A stretch of 41,991 nucleotides of DNA from Nemertoderma westbladi (GCA_032718475.1 JAUCBJ010004132.1:1-41991); one strand, 5' to 3'; shown: positions 1 through 10,212, numbered from the stretch's first letter. Numbers and translations are program-made. Notes: generated from the sequence alone by a model not told the origin.

Positions 1-1428
1 GGGTGTTTACTGAGGCTAGTCTAGTGACTTGCCTCAGATTCACCAATGGCTTTGTTGGTCGGGGTGGAACATGAGAGTAGCCTCCAACTCCAGAATCCCT
101 CTCCCCATCACAATCTGGCCTCCCTGGTGACCCAGGGTTTGGGCCAGAAAGGTCATCAGGAAAGGGACTCAAAGAATTGTTGGCTGCTCTCTCTCCAGTA
201 GGGGGTGAGACAGGCAGCCGGTCAGGAGTTAACTGACGCCTGTGAGGCCGATTGTGTCCGGTAATTCCACTGGCCTCTAGTGGCCGGACCTCCGCATTGC
301 TAATGTAATCCATAGTGGGGGTTGGGGGGTGCTTTTTTGCCGAGTCAGCTCTCGGGGCATATACCACACTCTGGTTTGCCATTCCACAGGGTGGGTGTCG
401 CAATGGAGTCAGATATGAGGCCCATCACCCATATCTACTCTGGCGTACATGACCCACCATTGGCTGTTGCAGCTCATCTGCTGGGTCATGCCCTGTACCC
501 TTGCTGCCAGGTGCAGGTCGCAGTGAAGTGCCCTCAGAGTGGACATGAGAACACTCTACTCCTAACCAGCCATTGGTAGATCACCATCTGCCTGGTCAGG
601 CCATATACCCCTGCAGCCAAGTATATGGGTCCTTAATCCAGGACCAAGGGCGTCCTTATCCCAGAACGAAGGGGGTCCTAGTTACAGGACCAGATTTGCC
701 CTAGTAAGAGGGTCTATAGTCATGCTGCTGTACCGATATAGGCCTACCCACTTCTTGCCTACCTACCGGTATGTACTCCGCGGCTTCCGGGTTTAATCCC
801 GTCGTTCGCGCTACCCTATCGCCTACTCTATCTCTCCCAGCATGGCCTATAATAGTATGTGCAGTAAGGCCTACAGTATGTCCTGCAGTCTGCATGTGCC
901 CTTTCGTACTACCGTACTCTCGATCGGCAGCTATATCCCGTCGGGAAGCTTCTCTTTGATCCCCTCTCCTGTTCTCGACTTTATATCGGTACGTCCTGTA
1001 CCCCTCTCTTGGCGTGCGGTGCGTTTCTCCGGGGCGACGGCAATCTCCCGAAGTTCGACCCCACCGACTTCCTAACTCCATCTCTACTATCGACGGTCCG
1101 CTATCCGTCCTCACACTCCTATCGTTCGTGGCGACACCTTTTGTACTATCTCCTCTTCTTCTCTTTTCAGTGCAGTATTCCGGCTCATGAGATCTCTCAT
1201 CGACCCCCCGGTTAAACTCCACTGTTCTTCTTCCCTCTTCTGATCGGGCTCGACGCTTCGTCTGCCCTCTCGCGACGTCAACCTGCCTCTCTCTGCTCGA
1301 TCGCACGCCGCTGGGGATACTCGCAATCCCCCTATTACTCTCCGTCGCCGGGTGTTGCGGTTTACCTAGCTCGGCCCGCGCATTATCCGCCGACGCCTGT
1401 GGGACACTCTCTGCCCCCCTCTCTCTCT

Positions 1429-1635
1429 ACTAATCTCTCGCGGTGGGGTGCCCGTAGCCCCCCCCCCCACCCGCCACTTCTAACTTCACTATCTCTCACT
1501 ACACTTCTGCTTCCCTCTTGTCGGACATTTTCTACCCCCCTTATCTCGCCACTAATCTTCCGTGATGGGGCTCCTGTAGCCCCCCACCCCCCCACTCGCC
1601 ACTTCTAACTTCACTATCTCTTACTCCACTTCTAC
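1429..1635. repeat. Imperfect ~122-bp tandem duplication inside the gag-like ORF
   Basis: ACTAATCT...GTAGCCCCC...CGCCACTTCTAACTTCACTATCTC occurs at 1429-1510 and 1551-1635; both copies encode VRDSEVRSG on the minus strand. Confidence 0.8.
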
Positions 1636-1703
1636 ACCCCTCTCTAGTCGACACACTATCTCTACTACGGCTGGGTCTATTCACCCCCGCCTCTCTCTCT
1701 ACT

Positions 1704-1849
1704 ACTGCGTGGCCCACCAGGCCCACTTCGGGTTGGCTCAACCCCGCTACCTCCTGCCTACCAACTATGTGGCCTACCACGCCGCCGTCGGGTTGGCTCA
1801 ACCCCGCCACCTCCTGCCTACTAACTGCGTGGCCTACCAGGCCCCCGTC
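1704..1849. repeat. 60-bp tandem repeat (~2.4 copies), in frame within the gag-like ORF
   Basis: GTCGGGTTGGCTCAACCCCGC-like core recurs at a 60-bp period and encodes G(L/V)VGH(A/I)VxRQEVAGLSQP repeats. Confidence 0.85.
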
Positions 1850-3476
1850 TGCCGGGTTATGTACGTCCGACACGCTCATATTAATAGCACCATTCCCAAT
1901 ATTATTTGTTAAATCAATTAAATTATTAGAATTTGAAACCGGATTATTATTTAAATTATTTAAGTTAGAATTATTTGAATTATTCTGAATATTTGAACTA
2001 ATATTATTATTTGAATTTAAATTTAAATTACTACTGCCAGGTAAAATATTATTTCCTGTAATAAAGGGATTAGGGTTATTTACTACGGTACTATTAATAT
2101 TAACTATTTCTAACGTACTACTACTACCCCCCCCCCCCCCCCCGCCCATACGGCTACACCAGTTCTGGTTCTCTCGCCCGGTGCCTGTAAGTGGGGTCTC
2201 ACTCTCTGACAGTCCCGACCGCGCCAGTTCTAGTCGGCGCTTCAGTTTGGCTTGATGTTGCGCAAGCCTCCCTAGCTGGGCACGCAAATCATCCCGCTCA
2301 CGCTCTGCCTCTATCTCACTCTCTCGGTTACCCCGCTCGAACAACTCTGCCCCTCTCGCAATTATCTCAAGCCGCGTCGCCGGCTCGTCCCCTACTCTCA
2401 TCTCCCGCCCTATACGCTCCTCGACCCCCTTTCTATACTCCCTCGCCAACTCTCCTAACCCCTCTAAAAATGCGGTTTTATCCCTCAGCTGCCACTCTAA
2501 CCATTTCTGCTCATTCGCCACCATTTCTAATCTATACTCTAGATTTATCTCCCGCACCCTTCTTTCTTTTGCGGAGGATGTAGCAGACTTATCGGTTGCG
2601 ACGGACTCCCGTCGCCCCTCCGTCCCACCAACTTTCCCCCGCTTCCCGGAACTTCCTCCGACCGACGAGACCGAATCCTCGGAGTTAACCTCGGATTCGC
2701 CCTCCTGCGGTCTCTTCCAACCCACTAATTTTACTCCCCAGGCATCGACTAAGTATGGCCCTACGTACACTACGCTAGGTTCCATACTCCTACATTCCCA
2801 TAGTTCAAGCAGTTCGTTTGCAACCCCTCTCGCTCTCTCGCTGGCTAGTTCTTCCTGCCCAAAACGCTTTAGATAACCAAAATGTCTATCCGACTCACCT
2901 AGTCCTCTTGTTAACTTCACCTCATCTATCTTCGCCCCCTCCTTGGCCTCCTTAAGTAGCTTCCGGGTCGCGTTGTAGGCCCGTCGAAGTCGATCAGAAA
3001 CCCCGATGTCCTCGTCGCCGACCTCTCCTCCGTCTCTCCGGGTCCGACGTCGTACCGGCGGCCCCACCGTCGCCGTTCCGGTGGGCCGTCCGTCGCCCTC
3101 GGCCTGTAGCTGGCCGGCGACATCGGTACGTCGACCCTCGCTCCGCGTCGACTCATCTTTCTCCCTTTCGACTCCCGACTCGTCCTCTCTTTGTAGACGG
3201 CCCCCCTCATCTTCGGTTACCGGGTCGCCCGTTATCGATGGGTCCGGCGTCGTGGGTTTGTACCGTCTCGTCGCGGCCTCGCGGATCGTTAGATCGTCGT
3301 CCGGGGTCCGCGGCGGTGTTGCTTCTCCTCCTCTACTCATCTTGTCTTTGGTAGTTATCAGCCACAGTTCGGCAGGCCTAGAGTTAAGACTGTAGGCCTT
3401 GGGTAGTCAAGACTGTGACGGGATCCGAGAGGATCCCAGTTTATCCGGTGTTGTTTCGTACGTGTCAGCCGCGCCG

Positions 3477-3892
3477 TGTGATAGAAAAGGAGTTTGTTGT
3501 TCCAGTATAGATATAATGTAGATATATAGATATGTAGGTATGATAACAGATAGCGCCAATGACTGAATAGATGACCGGTAATATGGGTGACGGCGGTGAC
3601 GGTCTTGACTGTCACCGTACTACCTGACTGTACTGGGATAACTACTACAATGACATGATGACAGGTAATATATACTGCACGGGTTGGCCTCATTGCATTA
3701 CCCAGTCGATGCTTCCCCCCTGATTGGCTAATATTCTCCCTCTGTTAGGGGTTTGGCCCCTGACCCTTATTGTGTGTTTCTCCTTCCCATTTTGTTGGGG
3801 TGACACGAGTTATTGGTTACCCAATCTCGTGGCCCCCAATATTGCTTAACGCTTGACTTTATGGGGTGTTAGCGGAATTGGATAAGCTAACA
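3477..3892 (-). repeat. Putative 5' LTR
   Basis: TGT...ACA termini with an imperfect terminal inverted repeat (TGTTAG / CTATCACA). CCAAT-like motifs (3721-3731, ~3810) and a TA-rich stretch (~3505-3530) are present, and a PBS-like sequence follows immediately. The partner LTR is not visible. Confidence 0.5.
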
Positions 3893-4823
3893 ATGATGAT
3901 GGGGTGATGATAACTCCACCTACTGGCTCCAGAAGTCGAGGAAATCCTGCCAAGTACCTAACTGATCTAGACTTTGCTGATGACTTAAAAGTACTCTCAG
4001 AATCACTAGAGGGAGCCCGACGGATCCTCAGCTCATTATAACATGCTGCTTATAGTGTTGGTCTTTTTATTAACTCTAGAAAGACCAAAATTTTGAAAGT
4101 TAACTTTGAAAGTCCTCAGCAAGTATCTGACAGGATGAGCATTAGTATGGTATGCTTGAGCATGTGGACGACTTCTGTTACCTGGGATCATAGATCCGGA
4201 AGTCAGGTGAGGACCTTCGAATACGTAAGGGAAAGGCATGGGCAGCCATGAATAGGCTTTCCATGATTTGGAAGTCACCGAGAATTAATTGGAAACTTAA
4301 GGTCCGATTATTTAGAGCAGCAGTAGTTCCAGTACTCTTCTATGGGAGTCCATTCTGGGCTCTAACTGCTGAGGACACCAAATCTCTGAATGGCACATTT
4401 TCACAAGAATGCTACGCCGGGTTCATTATGTGAAGTACAATGCACACATCTCCAACTAGACACTATTAACTACTACTACTAACTCTACTACTACAGACAC
4501 TACTACTAACTCTCATTGGTTCCCCCAAGCTTGACACTAGAACAAAGTCGCATCCGCTTTGCAGGACATTGCTTTCGCCGTGAAGATCAGCCAGTCCATA
4601 ATCTTGTGCTTTGGCAGCCTCATGGAGTGAATAAGCATGGTGGACAGCCCATGACTTTCTTGAGACGCATCTTAAAGGACACTGGCCTTAAAGATGCGGA
4701 TGATCTAGCAAATGTCATGGGTGATAGGGAGTTGTGGCGGCGCAATTTTGTCGACAAGCGAGCAGAGCATTCTTAAAATTGCCGCTGCAATGCAGCATGC
4801 CGATCCTAGTGGTAGTAGTGGTG
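3893..4823 (+). mobile_element. RTE-clade non-LTR retrotransposon, 3' fragment, decayed (copy A)
   Basis: Co-linear with 10884-11785 at roughly mid-90s % identity by eye. Encodes DLDFADD, YLG, RFAGHCFR and DRELWR, but has in-frame stops (e.g. TGG>TAG at 4191-4193) and indels. Ends in a degenerate (TAG)n tail. Confidence 0.93.
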
Positions 4824-5327
4824 ATAATTAATTGTCATTTATATTTTGTCGCAAGATAAAAACATTCTAACAAGATCTAAAATATTAAAACTTTGTTCCC
4901 TATTGTGCACAATGATTTTCTAATGATTTTAACTTTTTATGTACGTAATTTTTTATAAAGGTGTAAGTTTTATCCATATCCATATTTGTATTATTTGCAA
5001 TATTACCGGTATATCTGTATACTTACACTGTCACTACACTGTTGTGCAATAACATTCAATCTCAATCTCAATGTGGATTGGTGTAGAATATTAACTATAC
5101 ATTATGGCGTTAAATTCAAATGTCTAAAATATATTTGGGTTTATAAAACAATCTTTGGAAGATAACCAGATTTAGATGATTAGAAGTTAATATAAAAGAA
5201 AGTTCAGTAAAGTTAATTTAATATAATATAAATATAGATCACTCTAAAACACGGTCAGACATATCTGATAAGATAGACCATTGCATAACAGATATACAGT
5301 TGACGTAACTGCATGATTCAAGATCAT

Positions 5328-6366
5328 AGTGGGTTTACCTACCTACCAAGTGGATTTACCTACCTACCAAGTGGATTTACCTACCTACCAAGTGGATTTA
5401 CCTACCTACCAAGTGGATTTACCTACCTACCAAGTGGATTTACCTACCTACCAAGTGGATTTACCTACCTACCAAGTGGATTTACCTACCTACCAAGTGG
5501 ATTTACCTACCTACCAAGTGGATTTACCTACCTACCAAGTGGATTTACCTACCTATCAAGTGGATTTACCTACCTACCAAGTGGATTTACCTACCTACCA
5601 AGTGGATTTACCTACCTACCAAGTGGATTTACCTACCTACCAAGTGGATTTACCTACCTACCAAGTGGATTTACCTACCTACCAAGTGGATTTACCTACC
5701 TACCAAGTGGATTTACCTACCTACCAAGTGGATTTACCTACCTACCAAGTGGATTTACCTACCTACCAAGTGGATTTACCTACCTACCAAGTGGATTTAC
5801 CTACCTACCAAGTGGATTTACCTACCTACCAAGTGGATTTACCTACCTACCAAGTGGATTTACCTACCTACCAAGTGGATTTACCTACCTACCAAGTGGA
5901 TTTACCTACCTACCAAGTGGATTTACCTACCTACCAAGTGGATTTACCTACCTACCAAGTGGATTTACCTACCTACCAAGTGGATTTACCTACCTACCAA
6001 GTGGATTTACCTACCTACCAAGTGGATTTACCTACCTACCAAGTGGATTTACCTACCTACCAAGTGGATTTACCTACCTACCAAGTGGATTTACCTACCT
6101 ACCAAGTGGATTTACCTACCTACCAAGTGGATTTACCTACCTACCAAGTGGATTTACCTACCTACCAAGTGGATTTACCTACCTACCAAGTGGATTTACC
6201 TACCTACCAAGTGGATTTACCTACCTACCAAGTGGATCTACCTACCTACCAAGTGGATTTACCTACCTACCAAGTGGATTTACCTACCTACCAAGTGGAT
6301 TTACCTACCTACCAAGTGGATTTACCTACCTACCAAGTGGATTTACCTACCTACCAAGTGGATTTA
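5328..6366. repeat. 21-bp minisatellite (AGTGGATTTACCTACCTACCA)n, ~49.5 copies
   Basis: Direct reading; nearly perfect, with only three variant units seen (~5333, ~5556, ~6238). Confidence 0.98.
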
Positions 6367-6405
6367 ATGTTGATTTTATTTTTAATGTTGGTTTTTTATT
6401 CGCAG

Positions 6406-6565
6406 TCGAGATCCTCCTTCACATCGAGCCACCGAGTCGGAAATGTTCTGCGGTTTCAGCCACAGAGTATTCGCCAAGGATAGCCAGCAGGTCCGACCAG
6501 CTATATCCACCAGCCTCACCCAATGACTGGCGTTCCTTATCACCATGCAGTGGGAGTTCGGCCGC
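6406..6565 (+). CDS. Putative internal coding exon of an unidentified host gene (Ser/Pro-rich; EILLHIEPPSRKCSAVS...SPCSGSSA)
   Basis: Acceptor GTTTTTTATTCGCAG ends at 6405 and donor GTAAGT starts at 6566. It is a GC-richer island in AT-rich flanks. Only one of three frames is open (phase 1 in, phase 2 out), and it joins the next exon in frame. Confidence 0.75.
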
Positions 6566-6577
6566 GTAAGTTTCAAC

Positions 6578-8165
6578 TTAACCCTATTAAAACCCGGGGG
6601 GGGGGGGTGGAGAGTCAATATGACCCCCCCCCCCCCCCCCCCGTGGTTTTTTTAGTTATAACTCTGAAACAAACGTAGTTGGGAATCTGAAATTTTATGA
6701 CTTTTCCTAAAAATCTATTATCTTCCTAATAGTTAAAACGGTTTTCAAAAATTTAGAAGTTTTCGAGTTATAGCATCATTTTTTAACCCTACTTTTGGCA
6801 CTTTTTTTTATACGTTTTTTGAAAATTAAATTTCATGAAATATGTTTTGTAACATCTCTATTTTTGATTTACCCGGTTTTTTGGTATTTACAATTAGATG
6901 GAATTCATATAAATAAATTTAAAAATGTCAAACTTGTATTTTTCGGCAGGGTGGCAAATTTTGGTGCCAGCACCAAATTTTGAATTATGTCAATTTTGTA
7001 AATTGATAGTTTGAACCTGTTTTTGTGGTTTTAGTATCAATGAAATATCTACGAGTTGCACCAGGCGTATCAAACCTGTATTTTTCGGTGCAGTGTGCAA
7101 AATTTCGTGCCAACACGAAAATTTTAAAATCTATTCAATAGTTCAAATACTTGTGACAACTTATTTCCCGTGTTTTAGAGATTTAGGGCGGTTCTGAATT
7201 CAATAGAATAAATAATTATCTAACTAAACATCTCAAACTTGTATTTTTCGGAAGTGGGCATAAAATTTGGTGCTAACACCAAATTTTGAAAACTATCAAA
7301 TATATCAATTCTTTGTGTGACCTTGTTTCTTGCGTTATACGGGTTTGTGAGGGTTCTGAATTCAATGGAATAAGTAAAAATTGCATAAGAGTTTTCAAAC
7401 TTGTATTTTTCGTCGGTTGGTGAAATTTGTTGTGCCAACACCAAATATTTGAAAATAAGCAAATTGATTAATAGATAGTACAGTACCATCTTGTTTCTTG
7501 CGCTATACGGGTTTACGAGGGTCTAGAATCCGATGGAAACAATAAAAACAGCACTGGACATCTCAAACTTGTACTTTTGGGTTATAGGTACAAAATCTGG
7601 TGCTACTGTGTAGCACCAAAATTTACCATATTACGCCGAAAAATACGTCTAGCAATGATCTGGCAAATTAGAAATGTATTCCATTAGAATCAGCGCCCTA
7701 GAAAACCTGAAAATGTGAATTTATAGCATCGGATAAGTGAATTAAACATCAACGCAATTAGAAACTACGCCAAAGTTTTAAATTTCATCGTTTAATTTGA
7801 AAAACAGTATAAAAAAAACAAATTGAATTGCTGGTTACTTGTGTTTTTCATTTATTGCCTACGTAGAAGACTAAAACAGCCATTTAAAATAATTAGATCA
7901 ATTTTAAATATTTTCCAATGGATTTTGCGCCCAGAAATCATGTATTGAAAAACAATTAGCCAAAAATTGTAACTTTTAGATTTTATGAAAATTGTTCACT
8001 ACTTGTAATTTTGGTGCTGCAATATAACCACCCCAGTAAATTTTTTCGAAATTTTTTTCGGTCGGTTCGGACTAGTAAAATCTACGTACAAACAAAAAAA
8101 TCAGACGTTTTTATTAAATTTGTAGATTTTATTGGTGGGTAGGAGGGGGACAATATGACCCCCCT
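6578..8165. mobile_element. Non-autonomous DNA-transposon-like element (piggyBac-type TTAA|CCCT left end), right terminus not intact
   Basis: Starts TTAACCCT. The near-palindromic subterminal motif CAATATGACCCCCC occurs at both ~6616 and ~8151. Five internal ~140-170-bp diverged repeats are present and there is no transposase ORF. No terminal AGGGTTAA was found. Confidence 0.5.
6929..7625. repeat. Five diverged internal repeats (period ~142-168 bp), each with a palindromic core
   Basis: CAAAC(T/C)TGTA(T/C)TTTT...AAATTTGGTGC..CACCAAATTT-like blocks start at ~6929, 7071, 7234, 7396 and 7564. Confidence 0.8.
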
Positions 8166-8665
8166 GAGCCCACACTGAGCAATGCAAGCAGATGTGATTG
8201 GAGTGAAATACGATCACTGTACAAGATTGAGAGGAATAGTGTTGTCAAGAGTGTAGCATATACACAATAATGGTGTATGCATCCCGCTCACACTAACTAA
8301 TAAAGTTAATCAAAATGTTCTACACCGACAGAAATTTGATGAGCAAGTTGTAGCTGCATTGAGTTAATATTATGATATATTATTATTATGTTATATCGAC
8401 TTAGTTTATGATTAGGGATATATCGATTCTACATGCTCAATGTCAATCATGACATCAACACACGACGTTGATTCAGCTTTACAACGTCACTCCAGATTAC
8501 AGTAATCAATTGTCAATGGTTCAGTGATTGACAGCAACATTGAGACTCACGATTATATCGGTCCACTATAGACCAGTAAGAAATATCGGCACTTGAGCCT
8601 CTAATATCCAAACCATCTCTACAGGATGCTGTTATCTAATCATTACACAGTGAAAACGCGGTCAT

Positions 8666-9068
8666 GAGAGCTGAAGCCACATTGTGGTAGAATGTAGAGA
8701 GCTGAAGCCACATTGTGGTAGAATGTAGAGAGCTGAAGCCACATTGTGGTAGAATGTAGAGAGCTGAAGCCACATTGTGGTAGAATGTAGAGAGCTGAAG
8801 CCACATTGTGGTAGAATGTAGAGAGCTGAAGCCACATTGTGGTAGAATGTAGAGAGCTGAAGCCACATTGTGGTAGAATGTAGAGAGCTGAAGCCACATT
8901 GTGGTAGAATGTAGAGAGCTGAAGCCACATTGTGGTAGAATGTAGAGAGCTGAAGCCACATTGTGGTAGAATGTAGAGAGCTGAAGCCACATTGTGGTAG
9001 AATGTAGAGAGCTGAAGCCACATTGTGGTAGAATGTAGAGAGCTGAAGCCACATTGTGGTAGAATGTA
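8666..9068. repeat. 31-bp minisatellite (GAGAGCTGAAGCCACATTGTGGTAGAATGTA)x13, perfect
   Basis: 403 bp = 13 x 31; no variant units seen. Confidence 0.98.
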
Positions 9069-9538
9069 CTGCGCTCATTAAATAATTGATTCACTAATCA
9101 AAACATATCAAGTAACTGTTGATTAAGTCGAATTGGCAACGAATTGTTGGAAATGTTGGAAACAAAAAAAAACAAAACAACAAGATAATCAACTGCACTG
9201 TAAATTACCTAGGTTACTAATATAATGTTTATATATTGTTCTACTTTTAATTTAATATCGCCTGTATTTGAAAAAAATAAAGAGAATTATCAAAAGCTCA
9301 TAAAATAATAAAAAAAAACATATCTTAAGTGATTTAACTTCAGTTGATATTAATTTTAACCATTATTCTTTATAGTATAAGTATTCCGATTTCTAAAACA
9401 TTAAATTTCATCATTATAGGCATTGTAAGTTTGACGGTAAGACTGTAAATTTAACAAATCAAAAGGTCCCCAGTATGCTAGAATATTGATATCCTTCTTT
9501 CCGGGTTTATTTAGTTAGTAATTATATTTGTTTTGCAG

Positions 9539-9643
9539 ATCTAGTCGCAGCAGTCTCTCTGTTCCATACGACCACCGACAATTCAATGAAACAATCCCAC
9601 ACAGTGAAGGGCCTAGGTCGTCGTCATCTTGTAGTGATTCCAG
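9539..9643 (+). CDS. Putative 105-bp coding exon (SSRSSLSVPYDHRQFNETIPHSEGPRSSSSCSDS); its 3' half is the first satellite monomer
   Basis: Acceptor TATATTTGTTTTGCAG ends at 9538 and donor CAG|GTTAGT starts at 9644. It is a symmetric phase-2 exon. The splice from 6565 gives GC|A (Ala) and a continuous ...SGSSAASSRSSLSVP... frame. Confidence 0.72.
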
Positions 9644-10212
9644 GTTAGTGAAACATTCCCACAAAGTGAAGGGCCAAGGTCGTCGTCATCTTGTAGAGAT
9701 TCCAGGTTAGTGAAACAATCCCACACAGTGAAGGGCCAAGGTCGTCGTCATCTTGTGGAGATTCCAGGTGAGTGAAACAATCCCACACAGTGAAGGGCCA
9801 AGGTCGTCGTCATCTTGTAGTGATTCCAGGTGAGTGAAACAATTGAGTGAAACAATCCCACACAGTGAAGGGCCAAGGTCGTCGTCATCTTGTAGAGATT
9901 CCAGGTGAGTGAAACAATCCCACACAGTGAAGGGCCAAGGTCGTCGTCATCTTGTAGTGATTCCAGGTTAGTGAAACAATCCCACACAGTGAAGGGCCAA
10001 GGTCGTCGTCATCTTGTAGAGATTCCAGGTTAGTGAAACAATCCCACACAGTGAAGGGCCAAGGTGGTCGTCATCTTGTAGAGATTCCAGGTTAGTGAAA
10101 CAATCCCACACAGTGAAGGGCCAAGGTCGTCGTCATCTTGTAGAGATTCCAGGTTAGTGAAACAATCCCACACAGTGAAGGGCCAAGGTCGTCGTCATCT
10201 TGTAGAGATTCC
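9587..10212. repeat. 62-bp satellite, left segment (~10 monomers)
   Basis: Unit TGAAACAATCCCACACAGTGAAGGGCCAAGGTCGTCGTCATCTTGTAG(A/T)GATTCCAGGT(G/T)AG. Confidence 0.98.

Larger units (their letters stand above)
1..3340 (-). pseudogene. Long gag-like/ORF1-like frame, disrupted (low-complexity, charged coiled-coil segment, Asn-rich tract)
   Basis: ORF 3340-1541 (599 aa) continues via apparent +1 shifts in G runs (~1585, ~1460, ~1415) into 1595-1383 and the 1306-701 frame. That frame continues with stops at 701-703, 656-658, 596-598, 581-583 and 425-427, then is open from 424 to the window edge. No diagnostic CCHC or capsid motif was recognised; the gag call rests on position after the LTR/PBS. 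Confidence 0.5.
1..3892 (-). mobile_element. Probable LTR retrotransposon, 5' portion (continues beyond the left window edge), decayed
   Basis: On the minus strand the GC-rich block starts abruptly with TGTTAG at 3892, exactly where homology to the LINE stops. A ~416-bp non-coding segment ends in CTATCACA (3477) and is followed by a PBS-like CGGCGCGGCTG and then a long ORF from 3340. No pol motifs or second LTR lie in the window, so the class is inferred. Confidence 0.55.

Noticed and set aside
322-3395. Short plus-strand ORFs opposite the gag-like frame
   Set aside because: Antisense shadows in GC-rich sequence, with no motifs or splice support.
5329-6483. 384-aa (QVDLPTY)n ORF
   Set aside because: By-product of a stop-free 21-bp unit with a non-ATG start; it terminates inside the exon in the wrong frame.
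8645-8654. ACACAGTGAA shared between the flank of the 31-bp array and the 62-bp monomer
   Set aside because: Only 10 bp with no extension; compatible with chance.
8636-9094. Three overlapping minus-strand ORFs
   Set aside because: All three frames are the same permuted translation of a stop-free 31-bp repeat.
6406-9643. Assignment of the host gene to NFAT or a similar SP-rich regulator (SPRI, LSPxS..SSRS, LSVP)
   Set aside because: The resemblance is limited to low-complexity Ser/Pro motifs and no folded domain is in the window; no gene symbol is justified.
9539-9643. Alternative reading frame of the exon (LVAAVSLFHTTTDNSMKQSHTVKGLGRRHLVVIP)
   Set aside because: It is open, but its phase does not match the only open frame of the upstream exon.
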